A stretch of DNA of 61,818 bases, filler included, from Choristocarpus tenellus KU-1152 (taxonomy: Eukaryota > Protista > Phaeophyceae): the NCBI GenBank assembly GCA_964200185.2. It is 4 parts of 4 records of this genome, joined end to end, with 100 filler letters (N's around TTAATTAATTAA, not from the genome) between each part and the next. Parts side by side here need not be neighbours in the genome. Positions count along the whole stretch, not along the records: positions 31,929 to 39,529 come from CAXNAD020005893.1; positions 39,630 to 61,818 come from CAXNAD020000299.1; 2 more parts are not named here. The stretch is one strand, 5' to 3'. Numbering within the stretch: position 1 is the stretch's first letter; the number at the start of each line of letters is the position of its first letter. Of the stretch, positions 39,044-51,900 are shown piece after piece. The notes under the pieces were generated by a model, which searched no databases, was not told the origin of the DNA, and was given only the letters and a program-made list of their open reading frames with translations. Position numbers and translations under genes: made by a program.

Positions 39044-39529
39044 TATACCGTCTCCTTACAAGTTTTTTTTGTACTGCAGCGATTTCCGTACTTGTCAACT
39101 TTCTGGCAACCCCCAACTAAACCTGAATCACACGTTTCTACGCTGCTGCTGGATCGCATGAAGATCATAATTGTGCTAGCAATACTTGGTAATATTGTCA
39201 TATTATGGAGGGGGTGTTGCGCAGTCCTCCCAAGTTTAACCCTTCTGTTCACTTCATTGGTTGTGGTGTAACATGTAGCCATGATTTGGGATCAACTCTC
39301 AAACTGTTCTTTTGGCTGGTGGGATCTGCCTGATGAGAAGAGACCATGTGAGGAGAAAGGAACATTAACATTGTTGCTAGTTTCTGTGCTGGGGTCCTTA
39401 TTTTGTCGGCTGCTTCAACCTCCTCCCCCCTACCTCCCTGACGGATATGTACTGAGTATATATGTGTGGCCATGCATAGTACGGCAGTACACTTGGGCCT
39501 GGTGTCACATAATGGCTCAAAGTATCTGG

Positions 39530-39629
39530 NNNNNNNNNNNNNNNNNNNNNNNNNNNNNNNNNNNNNNNNNNNNTTAATTAATTAANNNNNNNNNNNNNNN
39601 NNNNNNNNNNNNNNNNNNNNNNNNNNNNN
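39530..39629. other. Artificial contig spacer
   Basis: N44-TTAATTAATTAA-N44. Confidence 0.98.
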
Positions 39630-39868
39630 CCCCCCCAAATACTTTGGGTCTCCGTTTGGGGCTTGGCTTCGCATGGGTTTTTTATGACATTTTCCTATTC
39701 CAAATTTTTTTGGAGTGGGTAAAATGTGTACATTATGAAAAGGTGTGTCCGGAACAAGGATATTGGCACTTCCTAACAACCACCATAGCCAAGATTACAT
39801 TAAAATCACAACATTGGAATTTGGCCCCCCAAATGGATGCTGCTCTATCCTCTAAGATACTTTGGCTC
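39630..39868 (+). mobile_element. Family B terminus (39630-39650) joined to the interior of a family A MITE (39651-39868)
   Basis: CCCCCCCAAATACTTTGGGTC is immediately followed by 'tccgtttggggcttgg', which is family A sequence ~35 nt from its left end, running through to the right TIR. Confidence 0.85.
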
Positions 39869-39977
39869 AATAACAAGTATGAGTGGGTTTAAAATGGATA
39901 CAAGCAGTGACAAGAATAAGGACACAAAAATGCCGGCCCTTCTCTGGAGCAAACTAGAAGAGGAATAGGCAGTGTAC

Positions 39978-42900
39978 CTGCCATTTCTGAACGGAGGTCT
40001 ATGAGCTGCCGTTGCAACTCTCCCACTGCCAAGAACTTTTCCCGAAGCTGAGTTTGGAATGCTGCGGCCTGCTTTCTCCTTTCCTGATCTCCCTGTGGTC
40101 AACATTGAAGGGAAGCATATGTCAATGCCCTTCCTTGCAGTACATGGTGCTCAACCTACTGTGGAAAGACTTGAAAATTTCTAGTGCCTAGTGGAATGGT
40201 TGGCACCGTTTGTGCCATGGAAGCAGCATTTTAAGGAGATCGTGAACTTACGCACTGTTCACAAGCACTTCTATTTCTGTTAAGGTGTGTGGAGTGGAAA
40301 GTCCTGTTACATAAAAGACAACCCCTGGGGTTTCAAACATGCGCAGTGACTTCACTTGTAGGCCACAGAGCACCTCCTACTACAACCTATTTCGAGGTAG
40401 AACTTTGTCCAGCCAGTCAACCGCTCAGTGTTCTTCTCCTCACTCCCCTTTTTTTGCCCACCCCTCAAGCTGCAGATCATTTTAAAGTGAGCACCATGTC
40501 CTTAGGCAAGAGAGTTCACAATCACTTTGTCATGTATGTGTCAGCGCCCTCAACTTACACAGGTGCAGCAAGAGCATGCACATGTATCAAAGAGAGACAA
40601 ATGTCGAGAAAAAAAACATTATGTACTCCTAACAAAAATTAACCTCATCTAGGGCCGCTTGTGCAGCCCTCAAGCTCTCGCTGTGGCGTGCTTGACTCTC
40701 AGCACGTTGGTCACGGGCTGATGCAATCTCCTCTGCAGCAGCCAAGACTTCCTCTCGTAGCCTGCGGTTGGCTGTACGAGCAGTCTCAAGAGCCTGCCCA
40801 TAAACCACATGTACTGTGTCAGTTTATGCCGACCAGTAGTGTATGGAGAGGGAACATGCAAAGTCAAAAATACTCAACAGTGTTGGTGGGGAACGCAACT
40901 TTATCTGGGGGCGTGTAAGGCAAGAGAGGGGTCAGAGATTGAATGGCAGGGCATCAGTGGTCTGAATGGAATTGGAGGCGGCATTCCAAACATAAGACTC
41001 CTTGTCGATATGTCTGCCCTGTAAACCATCACAAGAACTTTTTCCTGTCCTAGCAACAGTTTTCCTTGCCTCACCAATTGCTCTGCTCGTAGTTGATCCC
41101 TGGCCTTTGTGTAGCCCTCTCGCAGCAGTTCCAGTTGTTTTGTTGTCCCAACTAGCTCTGCCTCCAGCGACACCTTTGTTATGAGTTGTTGCCACATTTG
41201 TTTCCGTGAGAGATTGGGTAGGAGTGGTAAAGGGAAAGGGTAGTTTCGAATTGAAGGTGAGATATGGGGAGAGGGAGAGGGGAAACAGGTACAGAGAAAC
41301 ATTGGGGATGATATGAGGATTTAGTCCAAGTAGAGTCTACTTTGAGCTCTAGTAGAGACCTGTTGAAAAAATTAATGCAGGCTATGTTTGACCCCAACTT
41401 GGCATGGGTATATTATATAGAGGATGCTGACAAACTCACCACATTGCCTCCCATGCTCCTTTAACCGACACATGTCCAATACCTCTAGAAATCCTGAAAT
41501 ACATAAGTATCCAGTGCAAATGTGTATCAAGTCTGTGTGTAAGTGTGTGTTTAGATTGACCCTATTTCATGCCTTTTTGTTGACGGCCTTTGGGATTCAG
41601 AACATCCTGTCCAACTACTGTACCCCATCCTCGTCACAGAGTACTCCTAAGTACTCGCATTTAGTCACAGTCTATCCAGGTGAGTGCATAGGGACATAAT
41701 TATAGAACAGCATACATAAATGTCCTGTTCCAACAATTGTACCTTCTCAGTGCTAAGATCCCTGACTGTTTCTGTAAGCTTATGTACTTCCTGCTTATGC
41801 AACTCAGATCGCTCCTCTTGCTCCTTAGCCCAGTCTCCCTGAATCTCGGGTGGTGAGTAAAGCATGTTGCAACAGGTGTTTGATGAGTGAAATTTAGATT
41901 CAAGGATGAACCTGTCCATCATAGTAGTGAAGACCATAGTAGAAAAATAGAATATCGACACCTTTGCCATTATCGGTTGTCCCTTCACCTGAGCAGAGAT
42001 TATGTAGAAGAATCTACGATTTCCTGCAACTCCTTGTTTTGTGCCTGAGGTAAACGGGCAAGGCAACAAAATGGCCTAGACAGCACACCTCTATACAATC
42101 TCACAATGGTTGTACTAGAGGCTTCGTAGGATCGTGACAAATTAGATGCACCACCAAAAAGGCAACCAAACTCTTGTGGGACACTTTTACATGGATGTTT
42201 TCCGCCTTTGCTACTACTGCAACCTAATCAAGAGACAAGTATAGTACAAACTTCAAAACATACTTCAACAGAGATGGCCAGAAGGTAGAATAAAGCTACA
42301 CACAGTTGAACACAACCCACTGTCTGCTACTGACCAATGTTCCTTCCCAGTCAGGAATTGAGTCATATCAAAGTATTTCTAAGCCAAATTAAAAGAATTT
42401 ATCCCTTCCATAAGATGAGGAAGTGCATGGAGATTGCTTAGGTGGCAAGCTGGGAAGAGATGTTACGCAATACTCAAAGAAGGAAAATATGCCGAAGCAA
42501 GTACACTCTGGGTCACATGACAGGCCACTCACCTTGACTTCACCTAGTTGTCGTGTTGCAGTTGCCAGTGCTGTCCTGAGCTCATCCCTGCAGGTAATCT
42601 CTGATTCCAGCTGACTCTTGAGGTACTGCCGTTCATTGTCCAACCTGCGAATCACTGCCTCACTCGCAGCACGGTCTGCCCCAGAACCAGGTTCATGTGA
42701 GGTCGCCTCTTCTATCAGCTCTTCCACCTTGGTCTAGACAAAAACGTAGCGAAGAGAGCAATATTTTTTTTCAACGTGTTATTTTCTGACTATGCAATTA
42801 GTGGTTACATAGAGAGTGAGTGCCCTTGGAGTACTCCGGATTGGGATGACCAGGGTTCTTCAGAGGTCCTTACTTTGGAGGTATCTCGATAGGTAAGGCC

Positions 42901-45900
42901 TAGGTCCAAATTCGCAGACCTGGTCCTTTGCCTGGGACTCAAGCAAAGCTCGGAACAAAGCAATATCTGGCACTGAAGTGGGTTGAGAGGCAGACCTAAA
43001 CCTGGCACCAGGTCATTACAAACGGTCCCAGGTCTTGACTATAGCCTCACACTCGAACCCACAACTGGCACTACTGTGGCTTCAGACAAGACCAGATGAA
43101 ACCCAGTGAATAATTTCAGGGCAAAAGCTCATTTCAATTCAAATACACTACTTTGTTGTGTTTTTAGCATAAGACCAAGACAATGTGGAGTAGAGTGTAT
43201 GCTTTCAAAATATATCATATCTGTTGCTGGGGTGATGAGTCAAATCATCTTAGAGGGTAGAGCCGTGTCCACTCGGGGTTCAAAATCGAATTGTTTTCAT
43301 TTTGATGTAATTTTGGCTATCGTGTTTGTTAGGAAGTGTAAATATCCTTGTTCCGGACACACCTTTTTTCAACGTATACATTTACCTACTCAGAAACATT
43401 TCGGATTTGGTAAAATTTCATAAAAAGCCCGGGGGAAGTTAAGCCCCAAAAGGATAAACAGCACAAAACTCGTACCATCTAAGATACTTTCACTCTGATC
43501 TAAGATTATACTAATCTGAGGCCGCGGTAGACTGGCTAGAATATCATTATGTGCCAGCTTTCATTGGACCAATCAAGGGTCGACCTGGAACCTGCTCTAT
43601 AGCAAGCCAGTCGGCACTGAGATCTTGATCCGGTGTTGGATTAAACTGCAGTCTAAATAGGGTCTTGCCAAGAATCCTGGAGATAACAGGGCAGCACCAC
43701 CAACCAAATCTGATCAGCTCTACTATACTCTATTTGAAGGTTGCCCCGAGCTCCTCCCCTTTTTTTCTTGTGTGCAGACAAGAAAGCACTGCAATTGTGA
43801 GGATTTTGCAAAAAAATTAAAAAAGCATATTCTTACGTATATTACTTCCATCTTCTCATCTCTCATTTATGAAGAGGGGGTATGTCCACTTTTATTTTTG
43901 TTATGCATATCTGATTTTCAGCATCTCAAAATACCCTCCCCGGCCTACGATTTTGTCACCCTTTCTCCAGCGAAACTTGCAGTCGTCTCTCCCTTGCTTG
44001 CTTGAAATATATTTTCACCTGGGCCTTAACAAGCTCTGCCGCCTTATCCTGCAACTTGGCTTCAATCTGTGCCATCTCAGCCTTCACAGCCTCCTCACGA
44101 TGGCGGGCTAGCGAGGTGTCACCCAGGGCATCATTGAGCTGGTCCTGGAGAACTTGGACCTTGGATTGAAGCCTATGTTTTTGCATGAGGGTGTATATTT
44201 GGGAGGGAGGGAAGGATAGAGGTGGGAGAGGAGGATAGAAGATGATAAAGATAGGGAAGTTTGATGTACAAGAGGGGTAGGGCTTGCTTTCATATGGAGG
44301 AACATAAAGAATAGTACCCTGGTCAGGAGAGAGGGGGAGGGGGAGAAGATATCCATGCCTTAGTAATCTTGAATATATTTGAATCAAACCATTTAGGAGG
44401 GTAGGATTTTCGCCCTGTTTGTCCGTTGGGGCTTGACTTCCCACGGGTTTTTTATGCCCTTTTTCGGTTTTCTGTGTGAACACAGTTACCCTAACCCTAA
44501 AATGTATACGACAATGAAAGGTGTGTCCACAGCGAGGATGTTGACACTTGCTAACAAACACAACAACCAAAATTTATCAAAATCGTATTATTGGATTTAT
44601 GACCCCGAACAGACGCGGCCCTACCCTCTTAAATGATTTGGGTCTTTCCAGTGTGGAAGATGAAATAGGCGAATGGCCTTTCTTGCAAACCCACCAAGCA
44701 ATCTCACTTGAAATGGAATGAAAGGACCCAGACCAGACCTGCCTCACACAACATATGGATCAAAGTATCCCCTCATCATTGAGGTATATAATTCAGCAAG
44801 GCGAAGCACACCTCATTGTGTCTTTCCATCACGCTGTATCACAACTGTCAACTCCCCATTGACATCCTTCTCCCCTCCTAACCTGGACCCGCCTGCCTCT
44901 CTGACCTTCTGTGCCCATACCTGAACGATTCGTTTAAGCTCTCCTCCATCTGCTGTTTCATACGTGTCACAGTAGCCTCAACCGCTAGTTCCTTTTGTCG
45001 TTCAGCTTCCAGGGCCTGTTTTCTGGCCCCCTCGCGACCCTCTTGCACTTTCTTCTGGCATGACACTATGTAATGTGGCAATCAAAATCGCCAACAGAAG
45101 ATTCAGGAAGACCGGGGGGTGGGATGGGAAGAGATGAGGTCAGTACAGAACTGAATATGAAGTTGATCGTGGTCAGAGCACCATGTGGAGGGAGGGAGGA
45201 GGAGGGAGGAACGGAAACTGCATCTCACCGAGGCGTTCTTCTACCTCTTTCTTGAAAGTTTGCTCTGAGGCCAGCTGAGCCTTCAAGAACTCCACCTTCG
45301 TAGGCGTTTTATGTGTGCACAAGGTGTGCAAGGTCGTTGAAAGCAGAAATTACTGAGGTGAGATTGGGCTTTCGGAGACAGAAGGTGAGGTAGAATTGAA
45401 ACTGCCTATTACAGCTGCCATCATTAATGCGATCATCTTGGCCATTCAAAATGCTGTTCTTGTCCATACCTTGTTGTTAAGAGTACGTATACGAGCTTCA
45501 GAGGTGGCAGTGATGGCAGCCACAGCACTTTTCCCATCCATTCTTCTCCCATCCGGGTTTTGCACATCCATAGACATAGTTTGCTGAACAGTCTGTCGAA
45601 GAATCCCCACTTCCTGGGAGAGCATAATGAAGGTTGAGGGAAACCACCCCAGGAGATGGAGGTACAAGTTATAATATTGTACTGGTACAAGTAGCTGGTT
45701 GAGAAAAGGTTTTTGGGATGTAGAGTTAGTCCTTGCTTATGTGTTCCTTAAAAAGTATGCCTGCCTGCTCAATTTTCAACCCAAAACATCACATAACGTT
45801 ATTTCAAATCCAGGATCCAAGTTTCTTGAATCTCGGAATATCGGGGCTTAGAATCGGCCTTCAACACCACTGCAGTAGAGTGGTGTAGTACTAGTTCCTG

Positions 45901-48900
45901 CTTCCCACATTGTAGACCTCACATAGGTCACCTTGAGAAGCGGGAAACTATTCCTCAACCCCAATCCAGTTCGAATAAAAGAATCTCCAAAAATCAACTT
46001 GATTTCTTTCGTAGTTCAAACCGGAAACTAACCAAGATCAATCCCTGTAGTATTGACACAAATCCCAATGCCCTACAATGAATCAGTCACCTTCCGAGCC
46101 TCTTCAGCAGCTTCCTCGGCAAGCTGTCTCCTCTTCCGCTGCTCCTCCTCCTTTGCCTTCAGGGTAGATATTTGTTTCACTGCCTCTGCAACCTGGAGAC
46201 ATGGTGATATTTTTGTATGTTGCAGTTCCTCGAGCTAGAACCTACAGCTATAGCAGACAAAAGAGGGTATTGAAAGGGGAATACCCTCAAAATTGAGGCC
46301 GTGTACTGTTGACAGCAAGGTATGCTGTATCCGACCCAATTGGGATATGCCCTTGTAATTAATACCTGATTATCACTAAGGTGCTGACTGCTCATTTCGT
46401 TCCTCTCTGTAATACCAAGTAAGCCGGGGACAATTGACAGCAGCTTCAACAGCTCTTTAGCTCTTCAAAGAGATCAACGTGACTGAAGTTGATACAGGGA
46501 CTCTCCAGGGAGATATATACATCTAGTCCAACTGCCATCTACTCTAGAGTCCTACCTAGATTATGGTTATTCATCTACACCATTCTCTCTTGTAGGTTGC
46601 ACAACACATGTACAAGTTGGAGAGATGTGGAATGCTTTTCGAGAGAGGTATGTCTGCCCTGGAGTACTCCTATAGAATACAGTAGGACTGTGGCTCTAGT
46701 CGGTAACACAGTCCGCAGAAGCTCTCCATGGCTACAATATACATGATCTCCCCCTCTATCCCCCTTTCCCACCCCTAATGTCTGGTCCAGTCGGATCAAA
46801 TGCATCCTGTAATTGTCCTTTTCAAATCCTCACCACTACCAATAGTTCTTGAAAAGCAAGAATACCACTCTCTACCTGTTCTTGTAAAGTAGTCCCACGG
46901 TCTTCTAGGGCTGCTGATATTGACAATGCCTCCTGAAGTTCCTGGCGGGCTTTGGCCTCCACAGCTGCCACCTGGTCATCGTTTCAGTCTGACACGTTAA
47001 GATGAGCTAATGCAGTTACAAGTGCCAAAGGACTATGTCAAGGAAATATCATAGAGCATAACCTTTGCCACCGCTGCAAATTTTGGCATCTCCACATCTC
47101 AATAATAGTCCCATTTCGACGAACATACTGTTTTGAGATACTATTTGGAGTAGATCCAAATGCTCTAGGAAAGGCGAGTGTCCATGTGAGGTCTTCACCG
47201 AGATGGAGTGCTCTCTACCCTTCTTTGTTCTTGATCTGGTTGATACCCACTCCCAGTCATAATCAGTCTATGGATAGTTGGGGGGAGGGGGGGGGGCTTA
47301 CTGCACCTACAATTGGAGACAGCTATTGAATACAGTATTAGTATCTTTCAAATGTCAAGTAACCAGGATCTCTCTTGTGCAAAGCATCTTTGCTCCCAAT
47401 ATGTAGATCATCGTTGTATCTTCTACCGGTACATTGCTTTTGTTTCCTACGTATAGAAAATTACACCACATTTCAAAGTAATTATTTAGAACAAATTCCT
47501 TGCTCCGCACGCCTTCTCATGGATTCCTGCACTTCAGTTCTTTCCCATTCAACTTCGCCCCAGTAACCCACCTCCCGTCCCTTCTGTGCAAGTAGTGCTC
47601 GCTTCTCATTGATGAATCGCTGTTGCAGCTCCCCCATCTCAAGGTGAGCACTTTCCAGGCGTGCGATCAGACCCTGCTACCATTAATGCAAGGGAGTGAG
47701 TGTACTGCAGAGGTGTCTTGCCTCAAGATTAAGGTTCTTCAACCCTTGTACACATGCAGGTCAAAGCGGATGTGAAATCTACTCCTGCATAGCTTGAAGA
47801 GTTTGGAATGTCCTTTGCAGGGCAATGATCATTATCACTTGAGTATTCCATTGTAGAACAGATGAAGCAGCTTCTAGTCAGTGCACAGATTACTATATCC
47901 CCTCCTTTCCCACCTTCCCTTCACTAACCCTCCCTTAATCATACTGTCTTTCACCAACACAAGTAGTGATTTTTTCAAACCTTATCGACTTCCCTCAAGT
48001 ACTTAAATTCTCTCCCATATCACCGTACATGCCCAGACAATCACATACTCAGAAGGAGTGGAAATCCACCGAGAGGTAGGCAGGGTTTGTGTCTTAAGGA
48101 CCCCAACAAAGGCCAAAAAATATCTCATATTGTACAATTTTAGAAAGACCTTTTGGTGAATTGTGGTGTCACATTGAATTGTGGAAAGGAGTGATATCAA
48201 TTCTGCATACACCATGTGCATATAAAGCAATAAATCAAGGTGCATTGCACAGGGTACGAAAGATGGCTTAAATGAAAAAGGGTCCAAAACTGCCTACCTC
48301 CCAATTGGCTTGGCTCCGAGTGCGCACATTACACACACACATTTGCATGCAATTGTGAAAACGATTTTCCACCCGTCTATCATACCCCACACCCCCTACA
48401 GAGTCTCCTTTGAAAGGAATCTTACCTTGGTTGACTCTCGTCCGTCAACGCCAACTTCCTCACTCCCACCACTCTTTGCCGGCTTTGCCAGTTCCTCAGC
48501 TGCCTGATGAGATCTTTGAGCAAGTTCCCTTGAGTGCTGTTCACCCAATGCAAGCTCCCTCCTACAGTGATCCTCATCTTTCTCGGACATGGCACGGATG
48601 AAGTCTCCCCGAGCCTATTAAGTTGGAGTGAAGGTGTCACCAGTTTGGTCTGAGGTATCTAACCGGGTTTGGAGTTGGTTAGGAATGAGGTTGTAAGGGA
48701 AACACATTTCCACAGTATAGTCAAATATGTAAGCAGGACATATGTACGGAGGAGGCTATTGATCGTGAGAGTTGATATGCTATTCATGTGAGGCAATATC
48801 CGGAGGCAGTCAAGCAGGAGAGATGGTCGGTAAAATATCAATCTGCAGTCACGTTTTTTCCACACACTCAAGCACACACACAATCCTTGGGTTCTTGTCA

Positions 48901-51900
48901 ATCATGAATATATCCCACTACTCCCACTTTCACCCTTCTCCTGAACGACCACTCTCATCTCTCCGCCTCCTCTACTATGTCATACCTTATCCCTCGCCCA
49001 CCTACTCTCCTCATGTCTCCCATGCTCCCATTCAAATTCCTCCCTCCCCTCCCCCTTATCGTTTTGCACTTTTATCTTCCTCTTCCCCACTTCCCTGGGA
49101 TTCTAACACCAATTTGGATTCAAAACTCCGATCTTTTCCTTCTATGTCAACCTGTGCAAACTTTTTCCTCGCCCTCTCCGCCTTCACTGCCTCATCCGCT
49201 CTCTCCTCCTCTGCCTTCCTTGCTCTTGCTCTCAGAGCTTTGTTTTCAGCTTCCACCTCTGAGAGCCTCTCTCGGAGAGCTCCTATTGTTGCCACCCCTC
49301 CTTCTTCAAAAGATACGCCGGCTCTTCTCACACTGAACTCGCCCTTACCCATGCCTCCCGCAAGGAACCCTGTTGTGAAATGGTTTCCAAATAGACTGTC
49401 TTTCCCCCCAGTAGGCACCCCCCCAGGCATCAAAGGGAGGCTTCCACTACTCTCTTGTTCACCTTCACCACCTGGAATGCTCTGCCTCCTTGACCGATTA
49501 AGGAATTCTTTTTCAGCAACAGACAAGTTGACATGTTTGCTTTCTTTCCAGCATACATCATTTTCACCTCCATCCACCCCTTCGAGTGCCCCACCCTCTT
49601 CTACTGAAATGGAGTCAGCATAATCCATTCTTTTGGGCATGAAAACCTGAGAAGTATGTACAAAAAAGAGGACAGACACAATTAAGAACAATAATAGACC
49701 GAGAGCGTCAAGTCTGAAGGAGTAACTATGTCCACTTGCTGCTTCCGTGTAGGTTTCTATTTTGGATTTTAGGTCCACGCAACAACATCTACTGGATGTA
49801 TCCCAACTGCCCTACACCAAGAGGTTGCTAGATGTGCCCTGAATGTTCCCTCGTGGTTGAAGGTAGGGGGGAGTATATTTCACATGACAGATATCCACGG
49901 AATCTCGGATCCCACCAACCTTTTGATATTACATTGAAGGCATAGGGAGAAACTTAGAACAGACTAGGGCACATTGACTGAGTATGTAGCAATGGATTGT
50001 GGAGTATGAGTCTTCAGGGGCACAAGGAGGCATGATGCATTGGCATATGGAGAACCTCCTAGTCAGAAATTTCAAGAAGGGGGAAGCAAGGTTGTTTCAA
50101 GTCATTCGTTTTTGAAGCTACAATCCTTGGTGGCATGGCTCCAGTCCAAAGGATAGGACACACATTTCACTGAGAGTCAAATTAAGCGAGAAGTACCCAG
50201 AGTTGTATTTTAAGGATGCTGACAAGTGTGTCCAAAATTTAGCTTTTTTTACCAATGCATGTAGGATCTTTTCTGAAATATTTCCAAAAGTCCCAAACAA
50301 TAGAGAAATCAATGCTTTCAAGTCGAACTTAGCTCTTCATCCATAGAAATACAGGCTAATTGTGTAAGATAAAAAACTGGCTTAAAATGCAAAACAACGG
50401 CCAAAACTTGGGTACCTCTTGCTTACTTCGACTCTGAGGCGTTGTGCTATTCATCCTCTTTCCAACCCTTTCCACCCCATTCCAACCTCCCGCCAAACAG
50501 GGCTACCATGTGGGCACAACACAAGCACAGCAGGTTGTCCACTGTACTAGAGGATGCATGGGTACTAGTCATGGGGCAAACGATGCACATTCATGCAAAA
50601 AATATGTGAAGAAAAACTCTTCCCCATCTTCCTCACAACATTACTTTAGCTTATGGCTCATCCTTCTCCATCGCCCAGAATCCCAGGTAAAATGTTACTG
50701 TGAATCATCAGGGAAAGGAATAGCTATATGTATCTTGCATGCTTCTACGGCACATTGGAATCTCTGCTGGCCTCAAATGCAACTATCCATACCTGAGCAG
50801 CCCTTGCCTCGGCAACAGCTTCTAGTTCCTCCAGAAGGCACTCTCCTGACGTCTTCCCTTGCTCATTAACCTTGCCTCCAACCTGGAATCCATTCCCATT
50901 CCCATGTTGTTGCCCATGAGACAATCTTGACCCTTCCACCTTCACTGACTTCTTTTGTCGTCTTCTTTCACCTACTCCCTTACCCACCTTTACCTGCTCG
51001 CCCCTCCCACCACCAGCAATGTGAACAACCCCTGATGTTGCAGGTTCGGCAAGTTCCTCCACACCCATCTCTCTTGCCAACTTTTCCCTCTCCAGGGCAA
51101 ACCGGGCCAGAAGTGTCAAGTTGGGGGTGCCTTCTTTGTTGGCATTCTTTCCTGTAATAGCAGGGTCGATAGGCAGTTTTGCGCTGTAGATGCTTGTCAC
51201 CTGATAAAGAGTGAGCAAGGTATTTGGAATATTCTCAGGAGTATGTGTGTGGATCCTTTGGCGAGGATTGGGGGGGTGGGTGAGGACTTGGCGATTGGAG
51301 AATAGAGGAGACTGGGGGGATACTGAGAGGTGAGAATATCCCAACTGTTGTCAGTATAGGCGATGGGAAAAGCTTTGTGTCTAAGACTGAAGTTGACTGG
51401 TAGAGTTTGATTGAGTAATATTTTGAGCTCACAAATAAATAGTACTGTTAGACTGTGCTTCATATTCCCATTCCAGCACGAGTCAACAGCAAAGTTTTCC
51501 TCACCTCTGCCATTGCTTCGTTCATGGACTTTGTTACGGTTCCTTTCTCATGTCCTCCATTGCTTCTACCCAAAGGACATGATATTTTCTGGAAGGGGCC
51601 AGATTCTTGCTCCTTCCATACCTTACACTCCCCACTCACAATTTTATCCTCTAAATAGTTACTCTGATCACCACGTTCGCCATATTTGCATGTTGTAGTG
51701 TCTTCCTCAATCTTATCACTGCTGGCAGTAGCCCTCTCTTCCTCATCCCCTTCTGTATTTGGCATGGAGACCTGCATGTCCTGACCATCCCTCTCATCAC
51801 CAGCAGTCCCACTCCCATTCCCTGCTAACATCCCCACAGCATCCCTGCCCTCATATCTGCCACTCTGCATGCCCCTCTCTCCTCCTCCCTTTGGTACACC

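Noticed and set aside
48772-49623. 283-aa plus-strand ORF (and similar ORFs at 55188 and 117-413)
   Set aside because: Antisense shadows of real exons on the opposite strand.
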